Assembly: GCA_035531375.1 (NCBI GenBank)
Contig: DATKSZ010000063.1
Span: 3 to 64,002, forward strand
Direction of reading: 5' to 3'
Length of the DNA stretch: 64,000 nt
DNA from: Terriglobales bacterium
GTDB lineage: Bacteria > Acidobacteriota > Terriglobia > Terriglobales > SCQP01
The position numbers were made by a program, and so were the translations under genes. Positions 35,616 through 43,829 of this stretch are shown one piece after another. Position 1 is the stretch's first letter, and every line of letters begins with the position of its first letter. The notes under the pieces are model-generated. The model was not told the DNA's origin. It made no database searches and saw only the letters and a list, made by a program, of their open reading frames with translations.

Positions 35616-35631
35616 TGGCCCCCGGCGTGCG
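35616..35631 (+). promoter_or_regulatory. Candidate sigma-54 promoter P2 (TGGCCCC-N4-GTGCG)
   Basis: TGGCCCCCGGCGTGCG with GG-N10-GC spacing. The predicted TSS is about 35641, about 20 nt before ATG 35663. Confidence 0.45.
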
Positions 35632-35662
35632 CATGGTCAGTAAGCAGTCACTTTGGAATGCC

Positions 35663-37609
35663 ATGACCCAAAATCGACTTGTCCAACTTCTTGAACTTCG
35701 GGTTGCGCTGGCCGCGCTGGCGCTGCTGCTGCCGGCGGCGGCGCAGCAGGCGGCCAAGCCGGCGCAGGCGGCGCCCAGCACCACCATCTTCGCCAGCAAC
35801 ACGGCGGTGCCCAAGCGGCTGGACCTGACCAACCGGGGGAACTGGTGGAACCCGTGGCAGCGCTATGCCCCGGCGGGGGTGGCCTACCCCGACCTGCGCA
35901 ATCCGGCGGCGCTGGAGCGGGGGGCGGCCAGCGGGACGCTCTACCTGTCGCTGCAGCAGGTGCTGCGCATGGCGCTGGCGGCGGACCTGGACATCGCCGA
36001 CGCCAGCTACCAGCAGTTGCTGGCGCGGCCCGACTTCTGGCGCACCGAGGCGGGCGGGACGGCGCGCGGGGTGGCGGGGGAGAGCATCTCGACGGCGCTG
36101 TTCAGCGGCGCCATCGGGGCCTCCGGGGGCGGGGGGAGCAGCAACAACGGCACCAGCGCGGGCTCGGTGGGCGGGGGCGGCTCGGGGGTGCACGGGGGCA
36201 ACGGCGGCTACGACCCCAGCTTCAACTTCACCTTCGCCGACGAGCACTCGCGCACGCCGCTGGCCAACCCGATCCTGTTCGGCACGGCGGAGCAGATCCT
36301 CAACCAGACGTTTGGCGCGGCCTCGTTCGGGCAAGGCTTCACCACCGGCACCGGCTACTCCATCAGCTTCGCCAGCTTCCGCCAGTACCAGAACTCCAAC
36401 CAGCTCTTTCTCAACCCGCAGATCTCGAGCGACGTCAGCATCGGGGTGCAGCAGCAGTTGCTCAACGGCGGCAGCCGCTCGGTGAACCGGGCCGGGATGG
36501 TGATGGGGCAGAACAGCCTGAAGTACGCCGACGCCTTCTACAAGCTGCAGGTGACCAACATCGTGGCCCAGGCGGCGACGCAGTACTGGGCGCTGGCGGC
36601 GGCGCAGCGCGGCGTGGAGATCGCGCAGGCCTCGGCCATGCACGCCCAGCAGACGCTGGACAACACCAAGGACCTGATCGCGCAGGGCAAGTCGCCGGCG
36701 GCCGACCAGGTGACGGCGCAGAGCGCGCTGGGGGCGTCGCAGCAGGCGCTGGTGCAGGCGCAGACCGACTTCCGCAAGGCGGCCTCGAAGCTGAAATCGT
36801 TCCTGGCGAAGCAGTGGACGCTGAACGTGATCAACACGCGCATCGTGCCCAGCGACCGGCTGCCCAACCCGACCGCGGCCAACCTGCCGCCGGTGGAGCA
36901 GTTGGTGAACCGCGCGGTCAGCTTCAGCCCGCAGTTGGCGGAAGACCGGATCAACGTGAACAACGACGACCTGACGGTGAAGATCCGCAAGAACGCGCTG
37001 CTGCCGACGCTGGCGGTGTTCGCCTCCTACACCTCGAGCGGGGTCTCCGGCCTGGGGGTGAACTGCAGCGTGAACGCCTTCCCCTGCCCGCCCAACGACC
37101 TGCTGGCGCCGCTGCCGGGCGGGTTCGGGCCGTCGCTGGGCAAGATCTTCGGCTACTCGGCGCCCGACTACGGGGTGGGCTTCCAGTTGAGCATCCCGGT
37201 GTGGAACCGGATCAACCGCGCCGACGAGGCCACCGCCGAGATCCAGGCGGCGCAATCGCGGGTGGACCTGCAGAAGGACCAGAACACGGTGACGGAGCAG
37301 GTGAACGAGGACCGCATCGACCTGGAGGGGCAGGCGGCCAAGCTGCAGGCGGCGCGGCAACAGGCGGCGGCGCTGCAGAGCGCGCTGCAGGACGCCCAGA
37401 CCAAGTACACGCTGGGCAAGGGCACGGTGACCGACGTGATCACCGCCCAGGTGGCGCTGCTGGGGGCGCAGCAGTCGGAGGTGGGGGCGCAGCAGGCCTA
37501 CGCCACCGCCGCCATCGCCCTGGCCAAGGACAGCGGCACGCTGCTGGACGAGTACCACATCTCGCTGGGCAAGCCGCTGAGCCCGCAGAGCGTGGGGCGG
37601 CTGCACTAG
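35663..37609 (+). CDS. TolC-like outer membrane efflux protein
   Basis: Start chosen at ATG 35663 (MTQNRLVQLLELRVALAALALLLPAAAQQ signal peptide). In-frame ATGs at 35615 and 35633 lie inside the putative promoter. The protein shows the two-repeat TolC architecture, with long coiled helices and a Gly/Ser-rich insert. Confidence 0.8.
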   Translation: MTQNRLVQLLELRVALAALALLLPAAAQQAAKPAQAAPSTTIFASNTAVPKRLDLTNRGNWWNPWQRYAPAGVAYPDLRNPAALERGAASGTLYLSLQQVLRMALAADLDIADASYQQLLARPDFWRTEAGGTARGVAGESISTALFSGAIGASGGGGSSNNGTSAGSVGGGGSGVHGGNGGYDPSFNFTFADEHSRTPLANPILFGTAEQILNQTFGAASFGQGFTTGTGYSISFASFRQYQNSNQLFLNPQISSDVSIGVQQQLLNGGSRSVNRAGMVMGQNSLKYADAFYKLQVTNIVAQAATQYWALAAAQRGVEIAQASAMHAQQTLDNTKDLIAQGKSPAADQVTAQSALGASQQALVQAQTDFRKAASKLKSFLAKQWTLNVINTRIVPSDRLPNPTAANLPPVEQLVNRAVSFSPQLAEDRINVNNDDLTVKIRKNALLPTLAVFASYTSSGVSGLGVNCSVNAFPCPPNDLLAPLPGGFGPSLGKIFGYSAPDYGVGFQLSIPVWNRINRADEATAEIQAAQSRVDLQKDQNTVTEQVNEDRIDLEGQAAKLQAARQQAAALQSALQDAQTKYTLGKGTVTDVITAQVALLGAQQSEVGAQQAYATAAIALAKDSGTLLDEYHISLGKPLSPQSVGRLH

Positions 37610-37629
37610 AGTGAGGTACTCTTAGCTCT

Positions 37630-38337
37630 GTGATCCAACTGCGCAAGATCGAGAAGACCTACCCGGCGGGGGTGGGCAAGACCTACGCCCTGCGCCAGAT
37701 CAACCTGGACATCCGGGAAGGGGAGTTTTTGACCATCATGGGCCCGTCGGGGTCGGGCAAGTCCACGCTGCTGTCCATCCTGGGCATGCTGGACAGCCTG
37801 TGGGGAGGCGAGTACTGGTTCCTGGACACGCCGGTGCACAGCCTGTCCATCAAGAAGCGGGTGGAGCTGAACAAGCAGTACATGGGGTTCGTGTTCCAGA
37901 GCTACCACCTGCTCGACAATCTGACGGTGTACGAGAACCTGGACGTGCCGCTCTCCTACCGCGACATCCGGGCCAAGGACCGGGCCAGCCTGGTGGCGGA
38001 CGCGCTCGACCGCTTCCAGATCGTGGGCAAGAAGGACCTCTACCCCAACCAGCTCTCGGGCGGGCAGCAGCAGTTGGTGGCGATCGCGCGGGCGGTGATC
38101 GCCAACCCCAAGCTGATCCTGGCGGACGAGCCCACCGGCAACCTGCACTCGGCCCAGGGGCGGGAGATCATGGAGCTGTTCAAGCGGCTGAACGGGCAGG
38201 GGACCACGGTGGTGCAGGTGACGCACTCGGAGCAGAACGCAACCTACGGGGACCGGATCATCCAGTTGGCGGACGGCTGGATGGTGCAGGACGGAACCCA
38301 GCCGGTGGCGGCGGGCGCGCCGCCGCGCAGCAGCTAG
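37630..38337 (+). CDS. Second MacB/LolD-type ABC transporter ATP-binding protein (no transmembrane domain)
   Basis: 235 aa with a GTG start. Motifs are Walker [10 protein letters not shown], signature LSGGQQQLV and Walker [13 protein letters not shown]. Confidence 0.9.
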   Translation: MIQLRKIEKTYPAGVGKTYALRQINLDIREGEFLTIMGPSGSGKSTLLSILGMLDSLWGGEYWFLDTPVHSLSIKKRVELNKQYMGFVFQSYHLLDNLTVYENLDVPLSYRDIRAKDRASLVADALDRFQIVGKKDLYPNQLSGGQQQLVAIARAVIANPKLILADEPTGNLHSAQGREIMELFKRLNGQGTTVVQVTHSEQNATYGDRIIQLADGWMVQDGTQPVAAGAPPRSS

Positions 38338-38365
38338 CCGCCGGCCGCGGCGGCGGGAACGCCGG

Positions 38366-39724
38366 ATGTCCTCCACGCCCAAGATCCTGATCGCCGACGA
38401 CGCCCCGGACATCCGCGAGGCGCTGCGGCTGCTGCTCAAGGGGCAGGGCTTCCGCACCGAGTCGGTGGAGTCGCCGGCGGCGGTGCTGCAGGCGCTGCAG
38501 GCGCAGGAGTTCGACCTGGCGCTGCTGGACCTGAACTTCACCCGCGACACCACCTCGGGGGCGGAGGGGCTGGAACTGCTGCCGCGCATCGGGGCGCTGG
38601 ACTCGACCCTGCCGGTGGTGATCCTGACGGCGTGGGGGACGGTGGAGATCGCGGTGGAGGCGATGCGGCAGGGGGCGCGGGATTTTGTGGAGAAGCCCTG
38701 GGACAACGAGCGCCTGCTGGCGATCGTGCGCAACCAGGTCGAGCTGCGGCGGGCGCTGCGGCAGGAGCAGCGGCTGGAGGCGGAGACGCGGCTGCTGCGG
38801 GCGGAGGGGCGGCCGGAACTGATCGCCGATTCGGCGGCGATGCGGCCGCTGCTGCAACTGATCACGCAAGTGGCGCCCTCGGACGCCAACCTGCTCATCA
38901 CCGGCGAAAACGGCACCGGCAAAGAGCTGGTGGCCAAGACCATCCATGCGCTGTCGCGGCGGGCGCAGCGCTCGCTGGTGACGGTGAACTTGGGGGGGCT
39001 GCCGGAGGGCATCTTCGAGAGCGAGCTGTTCGGGCACGTGCGCGGCGCCTTCACCGACGCCAAGGCGGACCGGGTGGGGCGGTTCGAGCTGGCCGACGGG
39101 GGCACGCTGTTTCTGGACGAGATCGGCAACCTGGGGCTGGCGCAGCAGGCCAAGCTGCTGCGCACGGTGCAGTCGGGAGAGATGGAGCGGGTGGGCTCGT
39201 CCAAGACGCGGCGGGTGGACGTGCGCCTGATCGCCGCCACCAACGCCGACCTGCACCAGCAGGTGGCGGAGGGGCGCTTCCGCCAGGATCTGCTGTTCCG
39301 CCTGAACACCATCGAGATCCACGTGCCGCCGCTGCGGCAGCGGCGGGAGGACATCCTGGCGCTGGCCGGCCATTTCCTGCGGCAGCACGCCGGGCGCTAC
39401 CAGAAGGGGGTGGTGGGCTTCGAGCCTGCGGCGGCGCTGGCGCTGCAGGAGCACGCCTGGCCCGGCAATGTGCGCGAGCTGGAACACGCGGTGGAGCGGG
39501 CGGTGCTGCTGGCCAGCTCCGACCATATCCAGGCCAGCGACCTGGGGCTGCGGCCCGCGGCGGCGGCGCTGCCCCGCCTGGAGGCGCTGCCGCTGGACGA
39601 GGCCGAGCGCATCCTGGTGCGGACGGCGCTGGAGCGGGCGGGGGGGAACATCCACCAGGCGGCCAAGGCGCTGGGCCTGAGCCGGGCCGCGCTCTACCGG
39701 CGCATCGAGCGCTATGGCCTCTGA
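38366..39724 (+). CDS. Sigma-54-dependent response regulator (NtrC family: REC + AAA+ + Fis-type HTH)
   Basis: 452 aa. REC domain: ILIADDAPDIREAL...LALLDLNF. AAA+ domain: Walker A GENGTGKE, sigma-54 contact loop GAFTDA (a GAFTGA variant) and LFLDEIG. C-terminal HTH: NIHQAAKALGLSRAALYRRIERYGL. Confidence 0.9.
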   Translation: MSSTPKILIADDAPDIREALRLLLKGQGFRTESVESPAAVLQALQAQEFDLALLDLNFTRDTTSGAEGLELLPRIGALDSTLPVVILTAWGTVEIAVEAMRQGARDFVEKPWDNERLLAIVRNQVELRRALRQEQRLEAETRLLRAEGRPELIADSAAMRPLLQLITQVAPSDANLLITGENGTGKELVAKTIHALSRRAQRSLVTVNLGGLPEGIFESELFGHVRGAFTDAKADRVGRFELADGGTLFLDEIGNLGLAQQAKLLRTVQSGEMERVGSSKTRRVDVRLIAATNADLHQQVAEGRFRQDLLFRLNTIEIHVPPLRQRREDILALAGHFLRQHAGRYQKGVVGFEPAAALALQEHAWPGNVRELEHAVERAVLLASSDHIQASDLGLRPAAAALPRLEALPLDEAERILVRTALERAGGNIHQAAKALGLSRAALYRRIERYGL

Positions 39725-41117
39725 ACCGCCAGCCGGGCGGGCCAGCGAGGCGGCGGCGAGCGCCGACCCGGGCGGGCGGCTGCGGCCGCAGACCACGCTG
39801 CTGCTGCTGACGCTGGCGGCGGGGCTGCCGGGGCTGGCGGTGGCGCTGCTGCTGCTCTGGCTGCCCCGCAACCAGAGCCTGTTCAGCCGCTCCGGCTCGC
39901 ACGAGCTGCAGTGGCTGCTGACGGGGGGGCTGGTGCTGTGCTGGTGGGGCCTGACCTACAACGCGCGCCAGCGCACGCTGTTTTCCCTCGGCACCTTCGC
40001 CAACATGCTGGCGGCGGTCCGGGGCGGCGACTATTCGGTGCGGGCGCGGGGCGGGGGGCATGAGGACGCCTTTGGGGCGCTGGCGGCGGAGATCAACGAC
40101 TTGTCGGAGTCGCTGCGCCAGCGGCGGGTAACTGGGCTGGAGGCGGGGGCGCTGCTGGACAAGGTGGTGGAAGCGATTGACATCGCGGTCTTCGCCTTCG
40201 ACGACGAGCAGCGGCTGCGGCTGGTCAACCCCGCCGGGGCGCACTTGCTGGCCTCCAGCCCCGAGCGCCTGCTGGGACAGGCGGCGGAGGAACTGGGGCT
40301 GGCGCCGATGCTGGCGGGCGACTCCAACCGTTTGGAAGAGGCCACCTTCCCCGGCGGCCCGGGGCGGTGGGAGATCCGCCACACCCAGTTCCGCCAGGAC
40401 GGGCGCCCGCACAGCCTGCTGATGGTCAGCGACCTCAGCCAGGCGCTGCGCCAGGAAGAGAGAACGGCTTGGTACCGGCTGATCCGGGTGCTGGGCCACG
40501 AGATCAACAATTCGCTGGCCCCGGTGATGTCGCTGGCCGAGTCGCTGGCGGGTTTGCTGCGGCCGGAGCCGGCGCCGGACTGGCGCGAAGACATGGAGCG
40601 GGGATTGAACGTGATCTCGGACCGGGCGGGGGCGCTGAACCGCTTTATGGGGGCCTATACCCGGCTGGCGCGGCTGCCCCAGCCCGACCTGCGCGCGGTC
40701 GAGGTGCGGCGGCTGGTGCAGGCGGCGGTGAGGCTGGAACAGCGCCTGGGGGTGGAGCTGCGGCCGGGGCCGGACTTGGTGGTCCGCGCCGATCCCGACC
40801 AGATCGGGCAGGTGCTCATCAATCTGCTGCGCAATGCGGTGGACGCGGCCCTGCTGGCCCGGGGCGGGGAAGCGCGGGTGCAGATCGGCTGGGAGGCGCG
40901 CCACACCTGGCTGGAAATCTGGATCGCCGACAACGGTCCCGGGCTGACCGCCACCGCCAACCTGTTCGTACCCTTCTTCACCACCAAACCGGGCGGATCG
41001 GGCATCGGGCTGGTGCTCTCGCGCCAGATCGCCGAGGCCCATCGCGGCCGCCTCACCCTGGCCACGCTGCGGGCGGGCAGCGGGGCGGAGGCCCGGCTCT
41101 ACCTGCCCCTGGATTGA
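39714..41117 (+). CDS. Sensor histidine kinase (2 TM, HAMP, PAS-like, HisKA, HATPase_c)
   Basis: 467 aa with the H-box VLGHEINNSLAPV, N-box INLLRNAVDA and G-boxes ADNGPGL and GGSGIGLVLSRQI. It overlaps the regulator gene by 11 nt. Confidence 0.9.
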   Translation: MASEPPAGRASEAAASADPGGRLRPQTTLLLLTLAAGLPGLAVALLLLWLPRNQSLFSRSGSHELQWLLTGGLVLCWWGLTYNARQRTLFSLGTFANMLAAVRGGDYSVRARGGGHEDAFGALAAEINDLSESLRQRRVTGLEAGALLDKVVEAIDIAVFAFDDEQRLRLVNPAGAHLLASSPERLLGQAAEELGLAPMLAGDSNRLEEATFPGGPGRWEIRHTQFRQDGRPHSLLMVSDLSQALRQEERTAWYRLIRVLGHEINNSLAPVMSLAESLAGLLRPEPAPDWREDMERGLNVISDRAGALNRFMGAYTRLARLPQPDLRAVEVRRLVQAAVRLEQRLGVELRPGPDLVVRADPDQIGQVLINLLRNAVDAALLARGGEARVQIGWEARHTWLEIWIADNGPGLTATANLFVPFFTTKPGGSGIGLVLSRQIAEAHRGRLTLATLRAGSGAEARLYLPLD

Positions 41118-41148
41118 GTGCCGACTTTTACCACGCCGAGAGGCTTAT

Positions 41149-41157
41149 TGCTACACT
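41149..41157 (+). promoter_or_regulatory. Extended -10-like element TGcTACACT, 6 nt upstream of the M28 peptidase GTG (candidate leaderless promoter)
   Basis: Sequence ttaTTGCTACACTggtcctGTGAAG. The 10-mer is identical to the one at 1645-1654. Confidence 0.4.
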
Positions 41158-41163
41158 GGTCCT

Positions 41164-42078
41164 GTGAAGCCCGCCCTCCTTGCGCTGGCCTTGGTTTTGG
41201 GCTTGGCTGCCACCCCGGCAACCAGCCTGCATGACGCCTTCAACGCCGCCCAGTGCTACGCCTACACGGCCGAGGTGGTGGGTTTTGGCCCACGCATGCC
41301 GGGCTCGGTGGGCCACCAGAAGACTCAGGACCTGGTCAAACGGGTGGTGCTGCGCGACGGGGGCAAGTTCGAGACCGACGATTTCATGGCCAACTCGCCC
41401 CGTGGCAAGGTCCCGGTCCACAATCTGATCGGCAAGTTCAACGTTTCCAGCGACCCGCACCAGCCCATCTTCATCCTGGCCGGGCACTATGACACGCTGT
41501 TCAAGAAGGGGTTTGTGGGCGCCAACGATGGCGGCTCCTCCACCGCCATCCTGCTGTCGTTTGCCGATGCGCTCAAGGGCCACAAGACCAAGATGCAGAT
41601 CTGGCTGGTGTGGACCGACTTCGAGGAGGCGGTCAACAGCTTCACCGGCGACGACGGCTTGGTGGGCAGCCGGCATCTGGCGCAAAAACTGCTGGCCGAG
41701 GGCATGGTGCCCCGCATCAAGGGCTTCTTCCTGCTGGACATGATCGGGGACAAGAACCTGAACGTGGACAAGGAGTCCAGCTCGACCGGCTGGCTCCAGG
41801 ACTTCATTGCGGCGGCGGCCAGAAAGCTGCACTACCAGCAGTACTTCTTCAAGTATTCGACCGAGATCATAGACGACCAGCAGTCGTTTGCCAACGTGGG
41901 CATCCCCGTGGTGGATGTCGTGGACGCGGAGTTCGGACCGATGGGGCCACAGTACGACTCCATGGGCGAGTACCACCATACCGACCAGGACACCATGGAC
42001 AAGGTCTCCGCGCACAGCCTGAAGGTGGTGGGGCGGACGGTGCTGCTGGCGATCGAGATGATTGACTCGCAAAGCTAG
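41164..42078 (+). CDS. Secreted M28 family peptidase / glutaminyl-cyclase-like protein
   Basis: 304 aa with a signal peptide (MKPALLALALVLGLAA). Motifs are ILAGHYDT, GANDGGSSTAILL, FLLDMIGD and HHTDQDT. Confidence 0.8.
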   Translation: MKPALLALALVLGLAATPATSLHDAFNAAQCYAYTAEVVGFGPRMPGSVGHQKTQDLVKRVVLRDGGKFETDDFMANSPRGKVPVHNLIGKFNVSSDPHQPIFILAGHYDTLFKKGFVGANDGGSSTAILLSFADALKGHKTKMQIWLVWTDFEEAVNSFTGDDGLVGSRHLAQKLLAEGMVPRIKGFFLLDMIGDKNLNVDKESSSTGWLQDFIAAAARKLHYQQYFFKYSTEIIDDQQSFANVGIPVVDVVDAEFGPMGPQYDSMGEYHHTDQDTMDKVSAHSLKVVGRTVLLAIEMIDSQS

Positions 42079-42095
42079 GCGAGAGGAGACTCCGC

Positions 42096-42136
42096 AGCAC
42101 GGGACGGGGAAGGGCAGGGCTGCGCTCGGTGGGGCC
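42096..42136 (+). repeat. Possible diverged member of the GC-rich intergenic repeat family
   Basis: agcaCGGGACGgggaagggCAGGgctGCGCTcggtGGGGCC shares the blocks CGGGACG, CAGG, GCGCT and GGGGCC in the same order as 53033-53083. This is the weakest copy. Confidence 0.25.
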
Positions 42137-42269
42137 AGGGATTATGTCGCCTGAATGTGCACAGGCGATGCGGAGGAATGTGGATACGGATCGTTATCAG
42201 ACGTTCAGGCTGCGCGCAAGTCGTTGATGGCAAAGGCTAGGCCTTGCCGATGACCTTCACGGACCGTCT

Positions 42270-42932
42270 ATGCCCCTACGCACCGCCGAAGCCTTCATCC
42301 TGCGGACCTACCCGCTGAAGGAGTCGGACAAGATCGTCAGCTTCTTCACCCGCGAGTACGGCAAGCGGCGCGGGGTGGCGCGGGCGGCGAGCCGACCCAA
42401 GTCGAGGTTTGGCTCGAGCCTGGAGCCGTTGTCGCAGGTGCGGATTCAGTACTTCGAGCGCGAGGGAAAGGACCTGAGCAACCTGGACCACTGCGAGCTG
42501 CTCAGCTCCATGGTGGCGAGCAGCGGCGCGGATCTGGTACATTCAGTGGCGGTATCGTTGATGGTCGAGGTGGCGGACCGGGTACTGCCCGACCATGAGG
42601 TCAGCGACCCGGTGTACCGGCTGTTTTTGGCGGTTCTGCCGCTGTTGCGGCGGGAGGGGCCGGAAGCGGTGTGGCTGCCGCTCACCTACTACTTGTACTG
42701 GATGGTGCGCTTGGGAGGCTATTTGCCCAATTTCACAGCCAACGATCTGGGCCCAGAGGCGCTGGGGCTGGCGCAGGCGCTGTCGCAGCAGCCGGCGGCG
42801 GCGCTGGCGGCGGATGTGCGGGCGCAAGGGCGGGGCGGGCGGGAGTTGCGGCAGGCACTGAAGGCTGCGCTGGAAGACCACCTGGAGTCAGGCCTGCAGG
42901 CCTGGCCGATCCTGGCGGACTTGGAAACCTAG
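42270..42932 (+). CDS. recO: DNA repair protein RecO
   Basis: 220 aa with an N-terminal OB fold (AEAFILRTYPLKESDKIVSFFTREYGKRRGVARAASRPKSRF). The stop abuts the glyQ ATG. Confidence 0.85.
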   Translation: MPLRTAEAFILRTYPLKESDKIVSFFTREYGKRRGVARAASRPKSRFGSSLEPLSQVRIQYFEREGKDLSNLDHCELLSSMVASSGADLVHSVAVSLMVEVADRVLPDHEVSDPVYRLFLAVLPLLRREGPEAVWLPLTYYLYWMVRLGGYLPNFTANDLGPEALGLAQALSQQPAAALAADVRAQGRGGRELRQALKAALEDHLESGLQAWPILADLET

Positions 42933-43829
42933 ATGCTGAACTTCCAGGATCTCCTGCTAAAGCTACAGGAATATTGGGCAAACCAGGGTTGCGTGCTGCA
43001 GCTTCCGTTTGACCTGGAGGTGGGAGCGGGGACCATGGCACCAGAGAGTTTCTTGCGGGTGCTGGGTCCGGAGCCGTATCGGGTGGCGTATCCCCAGCCC
43101 AGTCGGCGGCCGGCGGACGGCCGCTATGGCGAGAACCCAAATCGGCTGTATAAACACCTGCAATTGCAGGTGATTCTTAAACCATCACCTAACGATGTGC
43201 AGGATCTGTATTTGAGGAGCCTGGAGGCGATCGGCATTGATCTGCGGGCGCACGACATCAAGTTCGAAGAGGACAACTGGGAGGCGCCCACGCTGGGGGC
43301 GTGGGGCTTGGGCTGGCAGGTGATGCTGGACGGGCTGGAGATCACGCAATTCACTTATTTTCAACAGTGTGGGGGGCTGGACCTCGACCCCATCCCGGTG
43401 GAGCTGACCTACGGGCTGGAGCGGATCGGGGCGTTCCTGCAGGACGTGGAGTCCATCTACGACATGCGCTGGAACGAGCAGTTCAGCTACCGGGACGTGC
43501 GCTTTTTGGACGAGCTCCATGCCTCCATCTACAACTTCGAGAAGGCGGACGTGGCGCGGCTCTGGACGGCGTTCCAGGGTCATGAGGACGAGTGCCGGGG
43601 GCTGCTCAACCAGTTTCGCGAATTGCCGGCGGCGGCGCGGCGGCGGTTTCCGCTGCTGGCGGCCTACGAGCTTTGCCTGCGGTGCTCGCACCTGTTCAAC
43701 CTGCTCGACGCCCGGGGAGCGATCTCGGTGACCCAGCGGGTGGAGATGATCCAGCGGGTGCGCTCGCTGGCGGTGGGCATCGCCAGCGATTGGATGGCGC
43801 AGCAGTACCCCGAGGCGGTGCATGCCTAA
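42933..43829 (+). CDS. glyQ: Glycine--tRNA ligase alpha subunit
   Basis: 298 aa reading [35 protein letters not shown]...[29 protein letters not shown]. Confidence 0.95.
   Translation: MLNFQDLLLKLQEYWANQGCVLQLPFDLEVGAGTMAPESFLRVLGPEPYRVAYPQPSRRPADGRYGENPNRLYKHLQLQVILKPSPNDVQDLYLRSLEAIGIDLRAHDIKFEEDNWEAPTLGAWGLGWQVMLDGLEITQFTYFQQCGGLDLDPIPVELTYGLERIGAFLQDVESIYDMRWNEQFSYRDVRFLDELHASIYNFEKADVARLWTAFQGHEDECRGLLNQFRELPAAARRRFPLLAAYELCLRCSHLFNLLDARGAISVTQRVEMIQRVRSLAVGIASDWMAQQYPEAVHA

Noticed and set aside
42079-42269. Looked for a LexA/SOS box upstream of the repair genes recO (42079-42269) and ruvC (52969-53153), because both are preceded by the intergenic repeat.
   Set aside because: Neither GTTC-N7-GTTC (the box type reported for Acidobacterium), CTGT-N8-ACAG nor GAAC-N4-GTTC is present in either region. 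The repeat also occurs next to unrelated genes (ftsY/porin, yceI/adaptor).
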